Assembly: GCA_045603745.1 (NCBI GenBank)
Contig: JAZUMQ010000003.1
Coordinates: forward strand, 2,599-66,598
Direction: 5' to 3'
DNA from: Eubacteriales bacterium
Lineage (GTDB): Bacteria > Bacillota > Clostridia > Oscillospirales > UBA644
Length of the DNA stretch: 64,000 nt
The translations under genes and the position numbers were made by a program. Each line of letters opens with the position of its first letter. The stretch's first letter is position 1. Shown in pieces: positions 38,890-49,892 of the stretch. The notes under the pieces were generated by a model, which saw nothing but the letters and a program-made list of their open reading frames with translations, was not told the DNA's origin and made no database searches.

Positions 38890-40716
38890 ATGATCCGTGA
38901 AGATTTAAGAAATATCGCTATCATCGCCCACGTTGACCACGGCAAGACCACGTTGGTGGACGAAATGCTGAAGCAGGGCGGCGTTTTCCGTGAAAATCAG
39001 GAAGTAAACGACCGCGTAATGGACTCCAACGCCATTGAACGGGAACGTGGTATTACGATTTTGGCAAAGAATACCGCAGTAAAATACAGAGATACAAAGA
39101 TCAACATTGTTGACACCCCTGGGCACGCAGACTTCGGCGGCGAAGTGGAACGGATTTTGAAAATGGTCAACGGCGTTTTGTTGTTGGTTGACGCCTTTGA
39201 AGGTCCGATGCCTCAGACCCGGTTCGTGCTTCAAAAAGCATTGGAATTGGGACATAAGGTAATCGTTGTTGTAAATAAAGTTGACCGCCCCGACGCTCGC
39301 CCCACGGAAGTAGTGGACGAGGTTTTGGAACTTTTGATGGATTTGGACGCAACCGACGAACAGTTGGATTCTCCGGTCATTTTTGCCTCCGGACGCACCG
39401 GCGTTGCAGGACTTTCTCCCGATGCGGAGATGAAGGATTTTAAACCCCTTTTGGACGCCATCGTAGACTATTTCGATCCGCCCCAAGGGGAGGAAAATGC
39501 ACCGTTGCAGATGCTGGTCTCCTCCATCGACTACAACGAATACGTAGGACGCATCGCCATCGGTCGGGTGGAACGGGGGAACATGAAGATCAATCAAGAC
39601 GTGGTTCTGTGCGACTATCACGGTTCGAGACCCAACTCCAAGGCGAGAATCGTTTCCATGTATCAATTTGAAGGACTGAACCGTGTTCCCTGCACCGAAG
39701 CAAAGCCGGGAGACGTGGTTTGCGTTTCGGGGATCGAAAGCGTCACTATCGGCGATACCATTTGCGCACCCGATGCGGTAGAACCCCTGCCTTTCGTTAA
39801 AATTTCCGAACCCACTATGGAAATGACCTTTATGGTCAACGATTCGCCCTTTGCCGGTCGGGAAGGGAAATACGTGACCTCCCGCAACCTTCGGGCGAGA
39901 CTGTACAAAGAACTGCTGAAAGACGTTTCTCTGCGGGTCAGCGACACCGATTCCACCGAGGCGTTCAAGGTCTGCGGTCGCGGAGAAATGCACCTTTCCA
40001 TTCTCATTGAAAATATGCGTCGGGAAGGATTTGAGTTCCAGGTCAGCACCCCGAAAGTATTGTATAAAGAGATCGACGGCGTTCTCTCCGAGCCCATGGA
40101 ACGGCTTGTGGTAGACGTGCCTGCGGATTCCGTGGGGGCAGTTATGGAAAAGATGGGCTACCGAAAAGGAGAACTGACTTCCATGACTCAAGTGGGCGAC
40201 CGTACCCGCTTGGAATTTGTCGTTCCTGCTCGCGGACTGTTTGGCTATCGCAGTGAATTCATGACCGATACTCGCGGGGAAGGAATTATGAGTTCCATCT
40301 TCGATTCCTACGCACCCTTCAAAGGAGACATTCCCCGGCGTTTGAACGGCTCTTTGGTCGCCTACGAAACCGGCGACACCACCAACTACGGAATGTTCTA
40401 TTCCCAGGATTCCGGGGCGATGTTCATCGGTTCCGGCGTAGAAGTGTACGGCGGTATGGTGGTAGGGGAAGCCAGCCGGCAGAACGACATCGTGGTCAAC
40501 GTCTGCAAGAAAAAGCACATGACCGCCATTCGCTCCGCAGGAAAAGACGAAGCGTTGCGCCTCGTCCCCCCCAGAATTTTGAGTTTGGAACAATCCTTGG
40601 AATTCATCGCCGACGACGAATTGGTGGAAGTCACCCCAAAAAACATTCGTCTGCGGAAACGAATTTTGGATCACTCGGTCCGCATGAAGAATTTCATGAA
40701 AGACAAAAAGCAGTAA
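38890..40716 (+). CDS. typA: translational GTPase TypA/BipA
   Basis: [44 protein letters not shown]. Confidence 0.98.
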   Translation: MIREDLRNIAIIAHVDHGKTTLVDEMLKQGGVFRENQEVNDRVMDSNAIERERGITILAKNTAVKYRDTKINIVDTPGHADFGGEVERILKMVNGVLLLVDAFEGPMPQTRFVLQKALELGHKVIVVVNKVDRPDARPTEVVDEVLELLMDLDATDEQLDSPVIFASGRTGVAGLSPDAEMKDFKPLLDAIVDYFDPPQGEENAPLQMLVSSIDYNEYVGRIAIGRVERGNMKINQDVVLCDYHGSRPNSKARIVSMYQFEGLNRVPCTEAKPGDVVCVSGIESVTIGDTICAPDAVEPLPFVKISEPTMEMTFMVNDSPFAGREGKYVTSRNLRARLYKELLKDVSLRVSDTDSTEAFKVCGRGEMHLSILIENMRREGFEFQVSTPKVLYKEIDGVLSEPMERLVVDVPADSVGAVMEKMGYRKGELTSMTQVGDRTRLEFVVPARGLFGYRSEFMTDTRGEGIMSSIFDSYAPFKGDIPRRLNGSLVAYETGDTTNYGMFYSQDSGAMFIGSGVEVYGGMVVGEASRQNDIVVNVCKKKHMTAIRSAGKDEALRLVPPRILSLEQSLEFIADDELVEVTPKNIRLRKRILDHSVRMKNFMKDKKQ

Positions 40717-40726
40717 AAATATATAA

Positions 40727-40759
40727 GAAATAGGCACCTCGAATTGAGGCGCCTATTTC
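40727..40759. terminator. terminator hairpin between convergent genes
   Basis: GAAATAGGCaCCTC-GAATT-GAGGcGCCTATTTC. Confidence 0.7.
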
Positions 40760-40768
40760 GTTGTGAAA

Positions 40769-42037
40769 TTATTGTTTTTTCGATTTTGCTATTTTGTATA
40801 GTTCTTCGGTGGCAAGGCGGGCTTTTGTGACCGAGACTTGGGGGTCTTGGGGGAAGCAGTAGTAGAGGGTTTTGCGGTCGCCGATGGAGATAATATCGCC
40901 AATTTCATACCAATAGTAATCCGCGTTGAGGGTATAGGAAGTGATGGGTGGTTGGGAATACTGCAACGTGCCGTCGCAACCGGTGAGAGTAAAGCCGTCG
41001 GCGTTGTGAACGAGACGTCCGTCACCCACCATATAAAGGGCTTTGTGATCGACCAAAACACCGATTTTTACAGGAGTATCAAGAGAATATTCTCCGGATT
41101 CAATCTGTTCTTTCACCTTCTGCCGTTGCCATTGATACCAGTCGGGAATATGGTCAAATTCCGTCTCTCCTGTTAAGGCAGATAATTTGCCGTAAGGAGT
41201 CAATTCATAAACTTTTCCGCAAGCGTGACAGGTCAGATGGATTCCTTCGCCCTTCATCTTCCCCTCCACTCCACAATGGGGGCATTGATACAAGATGCGG
41301 TGCAGACCGTCTGCCCGGAACGGTTCATCAATTTTGATATTGTTTTCTTGTTGCCATTTAAAATTGTCAAAAGTAAAGGCATCGTCTAAAATCTGATCCA
41401 ATTCTTCCACAGACTTGGTGCGAATTTCCTCTTGGGTTAACAGGCACTTGACGGTTGCGGATACCTTCACCTTCCGCTTTTGGAGACAGTTATAGAGGGG
41501 ATCTCAAAGAAAAGCCCCTTCCGTAATAACGGAAACCACAGGAATATCTAATTTTTTCAAAAGAACCCCGAGTTTTCGAGGCAAGGGCGTTGCCGTCCCA
41601 TCAAAGGAATATCCGGCTTCGGGATACATGAGAACGCTGGTTTTTTTCTCCTTGACCGCGTGGAGAATATCCCGAATCAGCGTAATATCGGAAACGAATT
41701 TTTGAGTAGGAATACACCCGATCCAACGCATGAGCCAAGGAATTCCAACAAAACCGTCGGTGGTGGAAACCACACAAAAGGGTTTTGGGAAAAAGATTTT
41801 ATAGGCGATCTTCAGATCAAGAAAACAAGAATGATTCATAAGAATCAGCCAAGGTCCCTCTCCGGCTTGTTCCATACGCTGCGTCGCAAAAGAAAACCGT
41901 GCTTTTACGAGAGCAGGAATTGATAAAACTCGGATCAAGCAGCGAAAAAAGAGATTAGGACGAAGGGGGCGTTGATGTTTCGGGCGGGGAAGCGCCATTA
42001 CTTTATCGTAAGATAACCGCTTTATATTGATCTTCAT
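40769..42037 (-). pseudogene. PlsC-like acyltransferase with a C-terminal Cys domain, interrupted by an in-frame TGA at 41504-41506
   Basis: NHSCFLD and MYPEAG motifs; both ORFs are in the same frame: EGAFL*DPLYNCLQKRKVKVSA. Confidence 0.75.
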
Positions 42038-42054
42038 TCAAACCTCCAACAAAG

Positions 42055-42086
42055 GAAAAAGGTGGGCAAAAATGTCCACCTTTTTC
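42055..42086 (-). terminator. intrinsic terminator
   Basis: GAAAAAGGTGGGCA-AAAA-TGTCCACCTTTTTC. Confidence 0.7.
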
Positions 42087-42135
42087 GATTTTCAGAAAAC
42101 ATGATGCACGGTCTGTTTCCCATGGGGAAGGATGC

Positions 42136-42420
42136 TTATTCTTCCGACTGAGCCTTCATTTCTGCAAAGCAAGCGCTGCAGTAAACGGGCTTGTCTTCTC
42201 TGGGCTGGAAGGGAACTTTGGCTTCGCCGCCACACTTCGCACAAGTGGTAGTGAAATATTCTCTTGCCCCTCTGGAAGCGTTCTTGCGGGCGTCGCGGCA
42301 TTCCTTGCAGCGCTGGGGCTCATTCTGGAAGCCCTTTTCCGCATAAAATTCCTGTTCGCCAGCGGTGAAAACGAAAGTTTTGCCGCAGTCTTTACAGGTT
42401 AATTCCTTGTCTTCATACAT
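42136..42420 (-). CDS. zinc-ribbon / CxxC-x17-CxxC domain protein
   Basis: CKDCGKTFVFTAGEQEFYAEKGFQNEPQRCKECR; CAKCG...VPFQP...VYCSAC. Confidence 0.92.
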   Translation of the reverse strand: MYEDKELTCKDCGKTFVFTAGEQEFYAEKGFQNEPQRCKECRDARKNASRGAREYFTTTCAKCGGEAKVPFQPREDKPVYCSACFAEMKAQSEE

Positions 42421-42629
42421 TGTGAGATACCTCGCTTAAATAATTTTCACCCAAGCCGGAATCGCACCGGCGAGCGTTCATCCTTTTCCACGGGAACGAA
42501 ACGAAACCCCTCTGAGGTCGCTAATATAACGAACGAAACAACGAAATACCGTGCATATTTCATAAATTTTCGACGTTACAGCCCTGTAAAACGGAGTGAC
42601 CGCACCTACTATATTCGGGCGTATTTATT

Positions 42630-43127
42630 TCAATACGGGATAAAATCCCGGATTTTCTGTTTGATCCGCGTCATGGCATTGTCAGCAGATTTAGGAGAAA
42701 TTCCCAATTGTTGAGCAATGGCGACACGGGAGTTGCCGGAAAGATAAAGAACCAAAACCCTACGTTCTAATTGAGAGAGACGGGGTTGCAGATCCCGAAA
42801 TGCTTCCCGGACGGCGTCGGATTCGGCGTACCGATCCTCGATGGGAAGGTCGGGAGAAGGGAGGGTTGCCCCAACTTCTTCTAAGGGAATCAGTTTGTAA
42901 TCAGAAGCAAAGCCCCGGGCGGCGGAACAGATACGATTGCGGATACAAACTTTGATATATCCGTCAAAGGGGACGCCCCGGGAAGGGTCGTAGGCACAGC
43001 AACCGAGATAGAGCCCCCAAAGTCCTTCCTGTATCAAATCGTCACGGTAGCGCTCGGGATACGAGGCGACGACCTTTTGAATCAAAGGGAGATACTGCTT
43101 ATGAGCAGAAGTAAAATCAAAGGTCAT
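42630..43127 (-). CDS. SigH-like sigma-70 family factor
   Basis: DDLIQEGLWGL, FDGYIKVCIRNRI, LSQLERRVL, SPKSADNAMTRIKQK. Confidence 0.8.
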   Translation of the reverse strand: MTFDFTSAHKQYLPLIQKVVASYPERYRDDLIQEGLWGLYLGCCAYDPSRGVPFDGYIKVCIRNRICSAARGFASDYKLIPLEEVGATLPSPDLPIEDRYAESDAVREAFRDLQPRLSQLERRVLVLYLSGNSRVAIAQQLGISPKSADNAMTRIKQKIRDFIPY

Positions 43128-43260
43128 TGTGCTACCTTCCGAACGTTGTTTTTAACCGAATTTCAGCAAAAAATGCAAAATGCCCCACCCTCACAGATGT
43201 GAGGGAGAGGCAAAAAGACAATTTTTGGGGGAATTCGATGGGGTCATAAGTAAACAAACC

Positions 43261-44382
43261 TTAGTTAATAATAGTCTGCTCGGTATCAATGTCAAAGAGG
43301 TGAATCTTGTTCATATCCAGAGCGATCTTAATGCTGTCGCCGGGCTTGGCAACGGACGTGGGATCGACGCGGGCGGTGAACTTGTTTTCCTGAACGTCCA
43401 GGTACAGATACGTCTCGGCACCCATCTTTTCCGTGACTTCAACATCGGCAGGAATGATGGAATCCGGATATTTTTCAAAGTAGAAGGGGTCGTCGTAAAT
43501 ATCTTCGGGACGGATACCCATAATGACCTGTTTTCCGCCGTAGGACAGAAGTTTTTCATAGTTTTCGGTTTTGACCTTAGATTCGGGAATCTTAAGAGAT
43601 TCATCGCCGAAGTTGACGAACATATCGTCGCCACGACGGGTCAGTTTCACTTCGATGAAGTTCATCTGGGGAGAACCGATAAAGCCGGCAACGAACAGGT
43701 TACAGGGAGTATCATACAGAACCTGAGGAGCATCACACTGCTGAACAAAGCCGTCTTTCATAACGACGATACGGTCAGCCATGGTCATAGCCTCGGTCTG
43801 GTCGTGGGTAACGTAAATAAAGGTGGTACCCAATTTCCGGTGAAGTTTGGACAATTCCGTTCTCATGGAAGCACGGAGTTTTGCGTCCAAGTTGGAAAGA
43901 GGTTCGTCCAAAAGGAAGACCTTGGGTTCACGGACGATGGCACGACCCAAAGCAACACGCTGTCTCTGACCGCCGGACAACGCCTTGGGACGGCGATCCA
44001 ACAGGTGAGAAATATCCAAGATACGAGCCGCTTCGTCGACGCGACGCTTGATTTCTTCTTTAGAAACCTTACGCAACTTCAGACCAAACGCCATATTTTC
44101 ATAAACGGTCATGTGGGGATAAAGAGCGTAGTTCTGGAACACCATTGCGATGTCACGATCCTTGGGAGCGACGTCGTTGACCAGACGGTCGTCGATGCGA
44201 AGTTCCCCTTCGGTGATTTCTTCCAAACCGGCGATCATACGCAGGGTGGTGGACTTACCACAACCGGAAGGACCGACCAGAATGATGAATTCTTTATCTT
44301 TAATCTTAAGGTTGACATCGGTAACGGCACGAACACCGCCGGCGTAAACCTTACCAATTCCTTTTAATGTTAAACCTGCCAC
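43261..44382 (-). CDS. msmX: MsmX/UgpC-type multiple-sugar ABC transporter ATPase
   Basis: GPSGCGKST, VFQNYALYPHM, LSGGQRQR, DEPLSNLDAKLR; stand-alone gene with GTG start. Confidence 0.88.
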   Translation of the reverse strand: MAGLTLKGIGKVYAGGVRAVTDVNLKIKDKEFIILVGPSGCGKSTTLRMIAGLEEITEGELRIDDRLVNDVAPKDRDIAMVFQNYALYPHMTVYENMAFGLKLRKVSKEEIKRRVDEAARILDISHLLDRRPKALSGGQRQRVALGRAIVREPKVFLLDEPLSNLDAKLRASMRTELSKLHRKLGTTFIYVTHDQTEAMTMADRIVVMKDGFVQQCDAPQVLYDTPCNLFVAGFIGSPQMNFIEVKLTRRGDDMFVNFGDESLKIPESKVKTENYEKLLSYGGKQVIMGIRPEDIYDDPFYFEKYPDSIIPADVEVTEKMGAETYLYLDVQENKFTARVDPTSVAKPGDSIKIALDMNKIHLFDIDTEQTIIN

Positions 44383-44598
44383 GGCAAATATACCTCCAAA
44401 TTTTATTGCAAAATCTTACTTATTACATAATAACATAAAATCCGATTTTTTCATAGTGGCAATATCACCAAATTTCGAGACATCTTTTTAGCAATAATAC
44501 ACAAAAGAAAAAAATCAAAGCGCCATTTTTGGGACTTTCAAAGAGAAACAACTGTGAAAAATGTCCGTTCTTCCACAAAAGATTCACATTCAACTGCC

Positions 44599-45411
44599 TC
44601 AGGGCAAGTTGATAACGTCCATATCGTTGGCGCGTTTGGTACAAGCGAGCATTGCGTCTGCCATAATCTGGGAGAAACCGCTCTTTTCCATAACGTTGAT
44701 GGCTTCAGCGGTGGTCCCCTTAGGAGTTGCAACAGACGTCAGAAGCTGATCCGCGGATTTCTTGGAAGATTCCAGAATCTTCGCAGCACCGACAAATACC
44801 TGAGCTGCCATCAATTCTGCCGTCTCCGCGTCAATTCCCTGAGCCACGGCACCTTCGGCGATCGCTTTCACCATATAATAGAAATATGCGGAAGCAGAAC
44901 CGGAAGCGGCGATATAATCGTTGAGCTTCTTCTCCTCTACCACCCGCAGAATCCCGACCGATTCAAAGAGATCCTTGACGGTCTGCAGCTCCTGATAGGT
45001 AATGGGCATTTCATATGCCATAGCGGTGACTCCCTTACCGAATTCGCAGGCAATGTTGGGAATCGCCCGAACAAGTTTACATTCTTTGCCGAGATATTTT
45101 TTCGCGGCGGAAATTGTCACCCCTGCGGCAAGGTTCACGATTACGTTGTTGAAGGTGACCGCATCGCGAATTTTTCCCATTACGACCTTCACGTCCGAGG
45201 GACGGACGGCGAGGACGACGATTTTGGAAGTGGAGACAACCTCTGCCTCACTTTCAAAAACGGTAATTCCCCGTACAGAAAGGGAAGTGCGAACCGTTTC
45301 GTCAGGATCGTAAGCGCAGATGGATGCGGGAGTAAGGATATTTCCGGAGAGGAATCCTTCGATCAGCGCTGAGCCCATGTGACCGGCACCGATAAAACCC
45401 AAAGTATACAT
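44599..45411 (-). CDS. proC: pyrroline-5-carboxylate reductase
   Basis: GFIGAGHMG, LAVRP, RAIPN, SGSASAY, VATPKGTT. Confidence 0.93.
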   Translation of the reverse strand: MYTLGFIGAGHMGSALIEGFLSGNILTPASICAYDPDETVRTSLSVRGITVFESEAEVVSTSKIVVLAVRPSDVKVVMGKIRDAVTFNNVIVNLAAGVTISAAKKYLGKECKLVRAIPNIACEFGKGVTAMAYEMPITYQELQTVKDLFESVGILRVVEEKKLNDYIAASGSASAYFYYMVKAIAEGAVAQGIDAETAELMAAQVFVGAAKILESSKKSADQLLTSVATPKGTTAEAINVMEKSGFSQIMADAMLACTKRANDMDVINLP

Positions 45412-45566
45412 TTGTGTTCATCCTTTCCTGTCTTTTTTTAACTTCGCCCGAAAGCGACATTATTTTTCTATTTTAATATTATACCACATTTTTTTCAATC
45501 TGTAAAGAGCAAATTTCCGTTTTTTTTGTGTCAAAGAAGAAAAATTCAAAAAAAAACAAAAAATCA

Positions 45567-45595
45567 TTGACAATTCGGCGCGGGAATGGTATAAT
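45567..45595 (+). promoter_or_regulatory. sigma-A promoter
   Basis: TTGACA-17-TATAAT with extended -10 TG. Confidence 0.85.
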
Positions 45596-45677
45596 AAGGA
45601 ATACTCGGACGGAGTTTGTCCTACATTAACATATTCAAGAAAGAAACCGGGTATTCCGGAACAAAGGAGTTACGGCA

Positions 45678-46298
45678 ATGTTAAATTTACTTGCAATTCC
45701 CTTTCCGCAATGGCTGACCGAGTGGGATCTGGGCGTAGATAACTGGATTCAAACCTGGAGAACGCCCTTTTTAGATTCACTGTTCACGATAATTACGAAA
45801 CTGGGAGACGAGGGATTAATCTGGATCGCCATCGCCATTGCATTTTTGTGCTTTAAAAAGACTCGAAAAATCGGAATCACCATGGGATTGGGTTTGGTCA
45901 TTACAACCATTCTCGGAAACGAAATTCTCAAGAAAATTGTGGAGCGTCCCAGACCCTTTGACACACCGGGAGCTTTGTTGGACGGAGACAGTCTTTTAGT
46001 TCCGAGACCGGGGCAATTTTCCTTCCCCTCGGGGCATACCGGATCTTCCTTTGCCTCAGCGGTATCCATCGTGTTGTACGACCGAAAATGGGGGATTCCC
46101 GCTTTGATCTTGGCGGTGTTGATCGCTTTTTCCAGACTATACGTTTACGTTCACTTCCCCACAGACGTTATGGCGGGAACGGTACTGGGAACCATCAGTG
46201 CCCTGATCGCATTTTTCGTGTGGAGAAAATGGTTGGAAAAATTAGTAATCAAGGCATGGAATAAAATTTTCAAAAAACATACGATTGAACGCATTTAA
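45678..46298 (+). CDS. PAP2 family phosphatase (BcrC-like)
   Basis: K...RPRP, SFPSGH, SRLYVYVHFPTDV. Confidence 0.92.
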   Translation: MLNLLAIPFPQWLTEWDLGVDNWIQTWRTPFLDSLFTIITKLGDEGLIWIAIAIAFLCFKKTRKIGITMGLGLVITTILGNEILKKIVERPRPFDTPGALLDGDSLLVPRPGQFSFPSGHTGSSFASAVSIVLYDRKWGIPALILAVLIAFSRLYVYVHFPTDVMAGTVLGTISALIAFFVWRKWLEKLVIKAWNKIFKKHTIERI

Positions 46299-46310
46299 CG
46301 GTATAAAATC

Positions 46311-46335
46311 TGCCCTCACCGAATTGGTGAGGGCA
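46311..46335. terminator. terminator hairpin between convergent genes
   Basis: TGCCCTCACC-GAATT-GGTGAGGGCA. Confidence 0.75.
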
Positions 46336-46368
46336 TTGCTTTTCTCTATTTCAAGTTTGCATTTTGCA

Positions 46369-47853
46369 TCACTTATAGAGGGTTTGTCCGATGGCATGCT
46401 TCCAACCTTGGAGAATTTCTTCTCGTTTTGCGTTATCCATGTTGGGAGTGAAGGTTTTGGCGGAACGGCGAATGGAAGAAATTTCTTTTTCGTCTTTCCA
46501 TAATCCTACGCCGAGCCCTGCCATAAATGCGGCTCCTTGGGCGGTAGTCTCCGTATTGATGGGACGATCCACGGGAGCTCCCAAAAGATCGGATTGCAAC
46601 TGAAGAATCACGTCACTGCGGGAAGCGCCGCCGTCCACTTTCAGAATCGAGAAAGGAGTGCCGGTATCTTCCTGCATAGCGGTGAGCAAATCGTTGGTTT
46701 GGAAGGCGATGCTTTCCAACGCTGCCCGAATGATGTTGGCGCGGGTAGTTCCTCGGGTAAGTCCGGTAATGGTTCCTCGGGCGTACATGTCCCAATAAGG
46801 AGCGCCAAGGCCGGTAAAGGCAGGAACAAAATAGACGCCGCCGTTGGTTTCCGTTGCGGCAATAATATCAGCTTCGGGGGCAGAAGTAATGATTTTCAAC
46901 TCATCTCTCAGCCATTGAAGTACCGCACCGCCAATAAAGACGCTTCCTTCCAACGCATAAGTGACTTTATCGCCCCTACTCCACGCTACAGTGGTGACAA
47001 GTCCGTTTTTAGAAGAAACAGGGCGATCCCCCGTATTCATCATCAAGAAACAACCGGTACCGTAGGTATTTTTTGCATCTCCTTCGGAAAAACATGCCTG
47101 ACCGAACAAAGCGGCGTGCTGATCTCCGGCAATACCGGTGACCGGGATAGTACAACCGAACAGTTCCACCTTAGTATGTGCAAACACTCCGATAGACGGT
47201 TTGACTTGAGGAAGAATAGAACGGGGAATATTAAACAATTTCAGAAGATCTTCGTCCCAATCCATGGTGTGAATATTGAACAACAGCGTGCGGGAGGCAT
47301 TGGTCACGTCGGTGAAGTGAACGCCGGTCAGTTGCCACAACAAATAACAATCCACCGTACCGAACAGAATCTCTCCCTGTTCCGCCCGTTGACGGACCCC
47401 GGGAATATTTTCAAAGATCCATTGAATTTTGGTAGCGGAAAAATATGCATCGGGTTTTAATCCGGTTTTTTCGGTAATCATGGCAGAAATCCCGGGATCC
47501 GCAGCTAATTTTGCGGCGGCGTCCGCGGTACGGCGACACTGCCAGACGATGGCATTGCAGACCGGTTCTCCGGTGTTTTTATCCCATAAAATCGTTGTTT
47601 CCCGTTGATTGGTAATTCCGATGGCGGCAATTTGTGCAGGGACAATTTCCGCATTCTGAATCGCCTGTTGCGCCGTTTCAAATTGGGTTCGCCAAATTTC
47701 CTTAGGATCATGCTCTACCCAACCGGGAGTGGGGTAAATCTGAGGGAATTCCATTTGGGCAATTCCCTTCATCGAACCGTCACAGTCAAAAATAATACTG
47801 CGGGACGAAGTGGTTCCCTGATCCAGGGCGAGGATATAACGTTTTTCGTTCAT
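46369..47853 (-). CDS. glpK: glycerol kinase
   Basis: ALDQGTTSSR, GITNQRETT, YFSATK, GDQHAALFGQ, KNTYGTG. Confidence 0.97.
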   Translation of the reverse strand: MNEKRYILALDQGTTSSRSIIFDCDGSMKGIAQMEFPQIYPTPGWVEHDPKEIWRTQFETAQQAIQNAEIVPAQIAAIGITNQRETTILWDKNTGEPVCNAIVWQCRRTADAAAKLAADPGISAMITEKTGLKPDAYFSATKIQWIFENIPGVRQRAEQGEILFGTVDCYLLWQLTGVHFTDVTNASRTLLFNIHTMDWDEDLLKLFNIPRSILPQVKPSIGVFAHTKVELFGCTIPVTGIAGDQHAALFGQACFSEGDAKNTYGTGCFLMMNTGDRPVSSKNGLVTTVAWSRGDKVTYALEGSVFIGGAVLQWLRDELKIITSAPEADIIAATETNGGVYFVPAFTGLGAPYWDMYARGTITGLTRGTTRANIIRAALESIAFQTNDLLTAMQEDTGTPFSILKVDGGASRSDVILQLQSDLLGAPVDRPINTETTAQGAAFMAGLGVGLWKDEKEISSIRRSAKTFTPNMDNAKREEILQGWKHAIGQTLYK

Positions 47854-47961
47854 AACTTTACCTCGTTTATCTTTTTTCTTCTATCATATCATATTTTGAC
47901 CTCGATTGCAAGGGCTTTCCGAAAAAATCTCTGACAAATTCAGTAATTTTTATGGGAATAC

Positions 47962-47990
47962 TTGACAAATGAGAAGAAATAATATATAAT
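47962..47990 (+). promoter_or_regulatory. sigma-A promoter of htpG
   Basis: TTGACA-17-TATAAT. Confidence 0.85.
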
Positions 47991-48040
47991 GATTTTTGAA
48001 TATATTTTGCGAGAACAACCGCTTAAAGGAGAGTTTGATC

Positions 48041-49858
48041 ATGGCTGAAAAAGGCGGAATTTCGGTACAAACCGAGCATATTTTTCCAATTATAAAGCGC
48101 TGGCTTTATTCCGATAAAGAAATTTTTCTGCGAGAAATCGTCTCCAACGCAGCCGATGCGGAAACAAAACTGAAACATCTCGTAGCAGTGGGACAAGCTA
48201 CCGGAATCGAGGACGATTATCGCATCGACGTAACGGTGGACAAAGAAGCCAAAACCATCACGGTGGAAGACAACGGAATCGGCATGACCGAGGAGGAAGT
48301 CAAACAGTACATCAACCAGATCGCTTTGTCGGGCGCTTTGGATTTTATTCAAAAATACGAAAATGCCTCGGCAGACGGAATTATCGGTCATTTCGGATTG
48401 GGATTTTATTCTTCCTTCATGGTAGCCGATGAGGTGGAATTGGAGACCAAATCTTACACCGGAGCTGATGCCGTTCATTGGATTTGCAATGAAGACGGTG
48501 AATTTGAAATGTCCGAAAGCGGAAAAGAAACCCGCGGGACAAAAATCACCCTTCACGTTACCGAAGAAGAAAAAGAATTTTTGGAAGCGGACAAGTTAAA
48601 AGGAATTCTTACCAAATACTGCGGATTTTTATCCTTCCCCATCTATTTCACCGACGCCAACGAGGAAGTGAAAGAAGGGGAAGAAGCACCGGAAGAAACG
48701 CCGGTCAACGACGTGGAACCCCTGTGGCAAAAAATGCCCAACGAATGCACCGACGAAGATTACGATCAATTTTATCATAAGGTATTCTGGGATAATCAAG
48801 ATCCTCTGTTCCATATTCACATCAATGCGGATTATCCGTTGAATTTCAAGGGGATTTTGTATTTCCCCCGACTGGGGAACGAATATCGGAGCCTGGAAGG
48901 AGAAATCAAACTGTTCTACAACCGGGTCTTCGTTTCCGATAATATCAAAGAAATTTTGCCAGACTATCTTCTGATGCTGAAAGGGGTTTTGGATTGTCCG
49001 GAACTGCCTCTGAACGTTTCTCGCTCATATTTGCAAGACAGCGAATACGTGAAAAAGATCTCTGCGCACATCGTGAAGAAAGTTTGCGATAAACTGGCGG
49101 GATTACACAACACCGATCCGGAAAAATATCAGTCTTTCTGGGACGACATCAAAATCTTTGTAGAATACGGTTGTATCAAGGACAAAAAATTCTACGACCG
49201 CATGAAAGACATCGTTCTGTTCAAGACCACAGAAGAGAAATTCGTAACGCTGAACGAATATAAAAAATCTGAAGGTGCGGTAGAAGGTAAGATTTATTAT
49301 GCCACCGATCTGACGCAACAATCGGTTTACGTGAAACTTTACAAGGATCAAGGTATTCCGGTAATCGTTTTGGATCAGTTGATCGACAGTCAATTCATCA
49401 ACGTCATCGAACTCAACGAGCAAAATACCGTATTTCAACGGATTGATGCAGTAACCGACGAGATTTCAAAAGACGGAGAAGGTGAAAACGAGACCTCTTC
49501 CCTGTCGGAACTGTTTGCGAAGGCCTCGGGAAAAAAGGATCTGAAAGTAAAGGAAACGGCATTGAAAGATACCGGAATTCCTGCTATTTTGAACATCACG
49601 GAACAATCCAGGAGAATGAACGAAATGGCACAGATCTACGGAATGAAAGATTTCCATTTGCCTTTGGAAGAAATTCTGGTATTAAATTCGGAAAACCCCA
49701 TCGTTCAAAAAATTAAAAACGACAAAGATTCCGAAAAGGCAGAAGCCGTTGCGAAACAGTTGTATCTGTTGGCAGTACTGAATCAACGGCAATTCACCGC
49801 AGAAGAACTGCAGACCTTCCTGGAAGGCAGTTACTGCATTTTAAGCAAAATTCAGTAA
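48041..49858 (+). CDS. htpG: molecular chaperone HtpG
   Basis: LYSDKEIFLREIVSNA, DNGIGMT, IGHFGLGFYS, LPLNVSRS. Confidence 0.96.
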   Translation: MAEKGGISVQTEHIFPIIKRWLYSDKEIFLREIVSNAADAETKLKHLVAVGQATGIEDDYRIDVTVDKEAKTITVEDNGIGMTEEEVKQYINQIALSGALDFIQKYENASADGIIGHFGLGFYSSFMVADEVELETKSYTGADAVHWICNEDGEFEMSESGKETRGTKITLHVTEEEKEFLEADKLKGILTKYCGFLSFPIYFTDANEEVKEGEEAPEETPVNDVEPLWQKMPNECTDEDYDQFYHKVFWDNQDPLFHIHINADYPLNFKGILYFPRLGNEYRSLEGEIKLFYNRVFVSDNIKEILPDYLLMLKGVLDCPELPLNVSRSYLQDSEYVKKISAHIVKKVCDKLAGLHNTDPEKYQSFWDDIKIFVEYGCIKDKKFYDRMKDIVLFKTTEEKFVTLNEYKKSEGAVEGKIYYATDLTQQSVYVKLYKDQGIPVIVLDQLIDSQFINVIELNEQNTVFQRIDAVTDEISKDGEGENETSSLSELFAKASGKKDLKVKETALKDTGIPAILNITEQSRRMNEMAQIYGMKDFHLPLEEILVLNSENPIVQKIKNDKDSEKAEAVAKQLYLLAVLNQRQFTAEELQTFLEGSYCILSKIQ

Positions 49859-49892
49859 ATAATAAATTTTTCACATATGAGGAATAACGAAC

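Noticed and set aside
38905-40737. 610-aa minus-strand ORF
   Set aside because: Antisense shadow of typA, expected from codon bias. The same applies to 43180-44367, 54710-56251, 46537-47460 and 33196-34272.
41504-41506. Selenocysteine or alternative genetic code
   Set aside because: TGA ends many intact genes here, the site is not an evident catalytic Cys, and no sel genes are in the window.
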